Below are positions 26,631-32,000 of a DNA stretch of 32,000 nucleotides, in pieces. How positions within the stretch are numbered: the stretch's first letter is position 1; each line of letters begins with the position of its first letter. This stretch comes from Pyrodictium occultum (GTDB lineage: Archaea; Thermoproteota; Thermoprotei_A; Sulfolobales; Pyrodictiaceae), in assembly GCF_001462395.1 (NCBI RefSeq), contig NZ_LNTB01000001.1:1200001-1232000 (forward strand). The letters are read 5' to 3'. The translations under genes and the position numbers were made by a program. The notes under the pieces were generated by a model that worked only from the letters and a program-made list of their open reading frames with translations, was not told the DNA's origin and did no database searches.

Positions 26631-26742
26631 CTGTTGGTATTTTCTGCATTTGTGTTGACGTGAACCCTGTACGCATGCAGCCCTCCTTGGTGGTAATCAC
26701 CTTAGCGGCGTTCGTAGCGGCGGCGGCCCCCGGTCGATAGCA

Positions 26743-27989
26743 GTGGCGGCCTTCAGCTCCGGGGATACGGCCTGGCTGCTGGCGTCAACATCGATGGTAG
26801 TATTGATGACTATGGGGCTGGGCTTCTTCTATGGCGGCATGGTCAGGAGGAAGAATGCTGTATCAATGATAATACTCTCGTTCGTGTCACTGGCCCTGGT
26901 GAGCCTCCAGTGGCCCTGCTAGGGTACAGCCTGAGCTTCGGGGACAAGGTGCTGGGAAGCTTCATAGGCGGGCTGAAGTACATTGGCCTCCGCGGCGTGA
27001 CGCCAGACCAGCCAGCGCCTGGGGCTAGCCAGCTGCCCCACACGGCGTTCGTAGCTTTCCAGATGGCCTTTGCGGCTATAACGCTGGCTATACTCACCAG
27101 CGCTCTCGCCGAGAGGGCTAAGCTGGGCGCCTTCCTCCTCCTGGGCCTGCTCTGGACGACCCTCGTCTACGACCCGGTGGCCCACTGGGTCTGGGGAGGA
27201 GGCTGGCTCCACACCTGGCTTCACCGGGTCCTGGGTGCGGTGCCGCTAGACTTCGCCGGCGGCACTGTGGTGCATATAACCTCGGGCTTCGCAGCGCTCG
27301 TGCTAGCCCTGGTAATAGGCAAGAGGTTGGGCTACGGCGAGTACAATATGCCTCCTCACAACATACCTCTAACTCTCATAGGCACAGCGCTGCTCTGGTT
27401 CGGCTGGTTCGGGTTCAACGCCGGGAGTGCTCTCGCGGCGAACGCCTCCGCAGCTAACGCGCTGCTCGTAACCCATATAGCTGCCGCCTCCGGCGCCCTT
27501 GCCTGGCTGCTCGCAAGCTGGGCGCGCGGCAAGCCCAGCTCACTGGGCCTAGCCAGCGGCGCGGTAGCAGGCCTCGTGGCAATAACGCCTGCAGCAGGCT
27601 ACGTCGGCGTGGGCGCTGCGATAATCATAGGGGCGCTAGCAGGGATGCTATGCTACGCCGCCATGCTTTTCCGCGTATCTCGCGGCCTCGACGAGAGCTT
27701 GGACGCCTGGGCAGTCCACGGCATCGGCGGCGTCTGGGGCTCGATAGCCACCGGGATATTCGCCGACCCCAGCGTGGGCGGTGCGAGGGGCCTGCTCTAC
27801 GGCGGCGTGGCCCAGTTCCTGGCTCAGCTGGTTGATGTGGGCGTAGCTGTAGCCTACACTGTGGTGGCGACCTACGTGCTTGCAAAACTCGTAGACGCGT
27901 TGATAGGGCTGCGCGTGAGCACTGAAGAGGAGTACGTGGGCCTAGACCTGGCCCAGCATGGAGAGGAGGCCTACGCGTGGGGTGAGTAG
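26743..27989 (+). pseudogene. amt: Ammonium transporter Amt interrupted by a single 1-nt frameshift near 26910-26916
   Basis: Frame 1 from GTG 26743 reads [57 protein letters not shown] and then stops (TAG 26920-26922). Frame 0 continues [11 protein letters not shown]... through the rest of a full Amt body to 27989. Adding one base would restore a ~415-aa Amt. Confidence 0.8.
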
Positions 27990-28322
<333 letters not shown>

Positions 28323-28362
28323 AAGGGGCTGGGACTCCTCTGAAGCCCTCATGTTTCTATCA

Positions 28363-28767
28363 TTATTTCACTCTCTCGACCGCTCCTTTGACTATTTCCT
28401 CGAGACTCTCATCGTCGAGGACGCCGACGAAGGCCTCTACAGCCTCGCCGTTCACGTAGACTATTGTTGTCGGCGTGGCCGTCACCCCCCACTCGAACGC
28501 CGCCTCGGGGGCCTCGTAGGCGTCCACCTCTATCCACTTGGCCTGGTCGCGGAGCTTCTCGGCGGTCATGTAGAATATCGGCTTATACACCATGCAGGCG
28601 GTGCATGTGGGCGTGGTGAATACCGCCACAGTGACGCGGTGGTTCTTTAGTATCTCGCGGAACCTGGCATAGCTGGTTACATATTCCACTATACCCTCCT
28701 TCCTCATCCTCTCTATCTCATCGTACATTCTCGTATAGAAGTCTACCTCCTCCATCATAGTAACCAC
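28363..28767 (-). CDS. Thioredoxin-fold protein with a CxxC motif (CTAC)
   Basis: VAVFTTPTCTACMVYKPIF...TATPTTIVYVNGE is typical thioredoxin topology. The ATG at 28758, 5-6 nt after AAGGTGG, is the likelier start. Confidence 0.75.
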   Translation of the reverse strand: MVTMMEEVDFYTRMYDEIERMRKEGIVEYVTSYARFREILKNHRVTVAVFTTPTCTACMVYKPIFYMTAEKLRDQAKWIEVDAYEAPEAAFEWGVTATPTTIVYVNGEAVEAFVGVLDDESLEEIVKGAVERVK

Positions 28768-28960
28768 CTTCTAGCTGGCTACGAGCCTACCCATACTTCT
28801 ATACTGGGAGCAGGCCCAGCAGATACCCCCGTGAGGCATCCCTCTATAGAGGGTAGCGCCGGCCACACCATCGCATGAGGCGCTCTGGGGATGAGCGAGT
28901 TAACCCTCCCAGGCTCCTAGCCGTACCGAGGGCCTCAGCTGAGCAGGGGGCTGACGCGTC

Positions 28961-29236
28961 TTGGCGGGTGTCAGGGTGAGGCTCGTTTCCCTCCTCCGCG
29001 AGGCCGTCGGCGGGCAGCAGGAGCTAGAGCTTGAGCTCGGTGGCGACGGCGCCACGCTGGGGGAGGTCCTAGAGAAGCTGTTCGCCAGACATCCCAGGCT
29101 CCGCAGCCTAGTCGAGGAGCTGGAGAGGAGGGGGATGCAGGTAGTCTACCTGGTTAACGGGAGGAGTGCCTCGAGGGATACAAGGGTGGGGCCCGGGGAC
29201 GAGGTGGTGTTACTCCCGCCGGCCTCCGGCGGCTAG
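28961..29236 (+). CDS. MoaD/ThiS-family beta-grasp protein ending in Gly-Gly (sulfur carrier / ubiquitin-like SAMP candidate)
   Basis: 91 aa with N-terminal VRVRLVSLLREAVGG and C-terminal GDEVVLLPPASGG followed directly by the stop. Confidence 0.7.
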   Translation: MAGVRVRLVSLLREAVGGQQELELELGGDGATLGEVLEKLFARHPRLRSLVEELERRGMQVVYLVNGRSASRDTRVGPGDEVVLLPPASGG

Positions 29237-29237
29237 C

Positions 29238-29843
29238 CTAGCGGGAGTAGAGCCCGTAGGTGTAGCCGTAGGCGAGCACGTGGCCCCTTACCCGCTCCTC
29301 CAAGGTTTTCCACGTAGCTCCAGGCCCCAGCCCCGTGCTGGGCACGTCGAGCGCAACCACGAGGAAGACGTAGCGGTGTGGCCGGTCGCCGCGGGGCGGG
29401 CAGGGCCCGTTGTAGCCTATCCTGCCGAAGCTGTTACGGCCCTGGACCCCTAGGCCCTGGACTACGGGCGTCTTGGGCACGGCCTCCGGGATATAGGTGG
29501 TTGCAGGGGGTATGCTGTAGAGGAGCCAGTGGATGAAAACTCCCCCAGGCGCGTCGGGGTCGTAGACCAGTATAAGCAGGCTCCTAGCCTTCTCAGGCAC
29601 ACCCTTCAGGAGGAGCGGGGGCGACACGTCCCCGCCGTCGCAGGTATAGCGGCTAGGAATCCTCCCCCCTTCGCTGAACGCAGGCGACGCTACCTCGATG
29701 CTCCTGGGCGCCCCGGCCACCAGCTCGGGGAGCGGCAGCTCCCCGGCCCCTCTAGGCGCCCCGCCGCCCTGCCGGTGGAGGTAGATGACTGCAGCCAGGA
29801 GGGCCGCAAGCAGGAGGGCTGCCAGGAGCACTTCCCGCCTCAA
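29238..29843 (-). CDS. YbhB/YbcL-type PEBP (Raf-kinase-inhibitor-like) protein with an N-terminal signal/anchor
   Basis: RYTCDGGDVSPPL...LVYDPDAPGGVFIHW...GYNGPCPPRGDRPHRYVFLVVALD, with the hydrophobic N-terminus LLAALLLAALLAAVI. Confidence 0.85.
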   Translation of the reverse strand: MRREVLLAALLLAALLAAVIYLHRQGGGAPRGAGELPLPELVAGAPRSIEVASPAFSEGGRIPSRYTCDGGDVSPPLLLKGVPEKARSLLILVYDPDAPGGVFIHWLLYSIPPATTYIPEAVPKTPVVQGLGVQGRNSFGRIGYNGPCPPRGDRPHRYVFLVVALDVPSTGLGPGATWKTLEERVRGHVLAYGYTYGLYSR

Positions 29844-29997
29844 GGAGCCCCCCGCCCCGGCTCTGTAGTCCTGGCGCTCCAGGGGCTCTAGAACGGTTGC
29901 TCCTAGAGAACTCTAGATTAGCCCTCTCTCAGGAATTCATGCACTGGAATGATGTTGGCCCGGAGCCCCCTGGCTGCGGCCGAGGGCTGCTGCAGAG

Positions 29998-31305
29998 GTG
30001 GCCGCCGCTATGGCTAGGGTCTACTTCGAGACCTATGGCTGCGCGCTCAATCACGCCGACACCGCTATAATGAAGAGTGCGCTGGCCCGTAGGGGCTACG
30101 AGATAGTGGATAGCCTCGAGGACGCAGACGTGATAGTAGTGAATACCTGCACGGTGAGGCTGGACACCGAGGAGAAGATGAGGAGGAGGATAAGGGAGCT
30201 GTACAAGCTTGCCCGGAGCCGGTCTGCAGCCCTAGTTGTGGCAGGCTGCATGGCCACCGCCCAGCCCTACACCGTGAAGCGGATTGCGCCAGAGGCGCTG
30301 CTCGTAGCAACCTATAATGTGCACCGTGTGCACGAGGCGCTGGAGCAGGGCCGGGACCTTCTCGGCGAGCCTCCTAGGCCTAAGACCCTCTACACCCCGG
30401 AGCCGGGGCTGATGCAAAGAGGTAGGGTGGCGGAGGTCCCGATAGCCGACGGCTGCCTCAACGACTGCAGCTTCTGCATAACCAAGCTTGCCCGCCGCAG
30501 GGTCTACAGCCGCCCGATGGAGAAGGTTGTCGACCTCGTAAGGGCTCTTGCCCGCCGGGGCGTGGTGGAGATCAGGATAACTGGCCAGGATGTGGCGGTA
30601 TACGGTGTAGACATCTACGGGAAGAGGATGCTCCCGGAGCTGCTCCAGCGCCTAGCAGAGCTGCCGGGTAGCTTCATGATACGCGTCGGCATGATGAGCC
30701 CCGACCAGCTTATGCCCATACTCGACGAGTTCATAGAGGCGCTGAAGGCGCCTAGGTTCTTCAAGTTCATCCACCTCCCGGTCCAGAGCGGTGACGACAG
30801 GGTGCTCAGGATAATGAAGCGCCGCTACACGGTGGACGAGTACCGCTCAATGGTGAGGGAGATAAGGAGCAAGATACCCGGCGTAATGGTGGCCACCGAC
30901 ATAATAGTGGGACACCCCGGCGAGGACGAGGAGGCCTTCGGCAACACTGTGAGGCTCGTCGAGGAGCTAAGGTTCGAGAGAGTGCACCTAGCCCAGTACA
31001 CGCCCCGGCCCCGCACAGTGGCAGCGGGGCTGCCCCAGGTCCCGGACCCGGTGAAGAAGAGCCGCTCTAAGAGGCTCATGGCGGTGGTGGAGAGGATAGG
31101 GCTCGAGGAGCACCGGAAGTACATCGGCTCCCGGGCCCGCGCGCTCGTGGTCTCACGGGGCGAACGCGGAGGCCTGGACGCGAAGCTCTACAACTACACT
31201 CCGGTGATACTCCCCGAGGGCTCTGCGGAGCCTGGTGAGTGGAGGTGCATTGAAGTAACCGACGCCACCTGGTATGATCTCCGGGGACGCGTTCTTGACT
31301 GCTAG
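29998..31305 (+). CDS. MiaB-like radical-SAM tRNA methylthiotransferase (archaeal MtaB/CDKAL1-type)
   Basis: UPF0004 N-domain VYFETYGCALNHADT...NTCTV...GCMA, radical-SAM CLNDCSFC (Cx3Cx2C) and a C-terminal TRAM-like region. ATG 30010 is the probable start. Confidence 0.88.
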   Translation: MAAAMARVYFETYGCALNHADTAIMKSALARRGYEIVDSLEDADVIVVNTCTVRLDTEEKMRRRIRELYKLARSRSAALVVAGCMATAQPYTVKRIAPEALLVATYNVHRVHEALEQGRDLLGEPPRPKTLYTPEPGLMQRGRVAEVPIADGCLNDCSFCITKLARRRVYSRPMEKVVDLVRALARRGVVEIRITGQDVAVYGVDIYGKRMLPELLQRLAELPGSFMIRVGMMSPDQLMPILDEFIEALKAPRFFKFIHLPVQSGDDRVLRIMKRRYTVDEYRSMVREIRSKIPGVMVATDIIVGHPGEDEEAFGNTVRLVEELRFERVHLAQYTPRPRTVAAGLPQVPDPVKKSRSKRLMAVVERIGLEEHRKYIGSRARALVVSRGERGGLDAKLYNYTPVILPEGSAEPGEWRCIEVTDATWYDLRGRVLDC

Positions 31306-32000
31306 CCCGGCTAAGCGTGCCGCCGCGGAGAGGGCGGTCGAGCTACTTCGGCCAAGGCTCCTCGAGGCGGAGAGAGTGGGAGTCGGCACCGGCTCCACCG
31401 TGGCGGCGGTGGTGGAGGCGCTGCTACGCGACCCCGAGCTGTCCAGGGCGCTTAGAGGGGCTAGGGTCTACGCCTCAAGCCTCTCAACCCTCCTCCTGCT
31501 GCGCAGCCATGGAGTGGAGGCCTACACCCAGGTGCCGGGCAGGGGCCTGGACCTCTACTTCGACGGAGCCGACGAGGCAGCCCCGGTCGGCGGCGAGTGC
31601 ATGCTGGTGAAGGGCAGGGGCGCGGCGATGCTGCGGGAGAAGATAATGGCCTACAACAGCAGGTACACCGTGATAGTGGTGGACGAGTCTAAGCTCTCCA
31701 GCCGGCTCGGAGAGCTGGGGAAGCCCGTCCCCGTGGAGGTGCTGGAGCCCGCCCTCCAGCCGGTCATCGAGGAGCTTAGGGCCCGTGGGGTGAGAGCCGA
31801 ACCCCGGCTCGGCTGCGGCTGCCGTGACGGCCCCGCTCTCACGGATAACTGTGGCGTGGTGGTGGATACCTGGCCCTGGGGGGTCATAGAGCCCATGGAG
31901 TACTCCAGCCTCCTCGATAGGATTCCTGGCGTGATGGGCCACGGCTTGTTCATAGGCTATGCCGATGCCCTCGTAGTGGGCAGGGGTGACGGCGGCTCAG
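31274..32000 (+). CDS. rpiA: Ribose-5-phosphate isomerase A, 3' end beyond the window (not in the supplied ORF track)
   Basis: Hand translation from ATG 31274 is open to the window end: ...RVGVGTGSTVAAVVEAL...LYFDGADEA...LVKGRGAAMLREKIMA...VIVVDESKL...KPVPVEV...TDNCGVVVD...IPGVMGHGLF. It overlaps the preceding gene by 32 nt. Confidence 0.85.
   Translation, partial: MISGDAFLTASPAKRAAAERAVELLRPRLLEAERVGVGTGSTVAAVVEALLRDPELSRALRGARVYASSLSTLLLLRSHGVEAYTQVPGRGLDLYFDGADEAAPVGGECMLVKGRGAAMLREKIMAYNSRYTVIVVDESKLSSRLGELGKPVPVEVLEPALQPVIEELRARGVRAEPRLGCGCRDGPALTDNCGVVVDTWPWGVIEPMEYSSLLDRIPGVMGHGLFIGYADALVVGRGDGGS

Noticed and set aside
30691-30745. ATGATGA ... CTGA 55 nt apart inside the methylthiotransferase CDS, and a similar GGGATGA/CTGA pair at 28887-28944.
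   Set aside because: There are no complementary terminal flanks and no C'/D' boxes. The first lies in a conserved coding region and the second has an imperfect C box. Both are consistent with chance.
31317-31953. ORFs 31317-31610(+), 31484-31942(-) and 31651-31953(-).
   Set aside because: A different + frame, from ATG 31274, gives an unmistakable RpiA sequence that is open to the window end. These ORFs are shadow frames of it.

Overview
This is an archaeal window, and it looks crenarchaeal or Thermoproteota-like. The evidence is high GC, Arg-rich proteins, GAGGTG-type Shine-Dalgarno sites, and e-type ribosomal proteins plus Cbf5. All calls rest on reading the ORF translations and the nucleotide text and on recalled family motifs; no searches were run.

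Most of the window is the main ribosomal-protein supercluster on the + strand: SPOUT(DUF171)-rpl3-rpl4-rpl23 // rpl22-rps3-rpl29-rnp1-rps17-rpl14-rpl24-rps4e-rpl5-rps14-rps8-rpl6-rpl32e-rpl19e-rpl18-rps5-rpl30-rpl15-secY-adkA-DUF106-rpl34e-cmk-rpl14e-cbf5-methyltransferase. After it come tRNA-Ser(GGA), an amt-glnK pair, a thioredoxin-like gene, a MoaD/ThiS-like protein ending in GG, a PEBP-family protein, a MiaB-like methylthiotransferase, and the 5' part of rpiA, which runs off the window and is missing from the ORF track.

Four observations stand out:
1. rpl2-rps19 are not in their canonical slot between rpl23 and rpl22, where there is now a 445-bp ORF-free spacer. They sit about 7 kb upstream, overlapping the 3' end of a HerA/VirB4-like ATPase gene. 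A 5.7-kb non-ribosomal block separates them from rpl3. That block carries an overlapping MoxR(CoxD-like) AAA+ / CoxE-like VWA gene pair, a SAM methyltransferase, a CxxCxxCC (YkgJ-type) protein and two unknown small proteins.
2. The exact 13-mer AGGGTTAACGAGG sits immediately upstream of the starts of the VWA gene, rps4e and rpl19e.
3. amt carries a 1-nt frameshift while glnK is intact, and CTGTAC repeats lie upstream of it.
4. A roughly 430-bp untranslatable stretch upstream of the SPOUT gene contains a plausible C/D-box sRNA and ends in a T6 tract.

I saw no CRISPR array, rRNA gene, transposase or integrase. Many long antisense or off-frame ORFs in the track are GC-driven artefacts.
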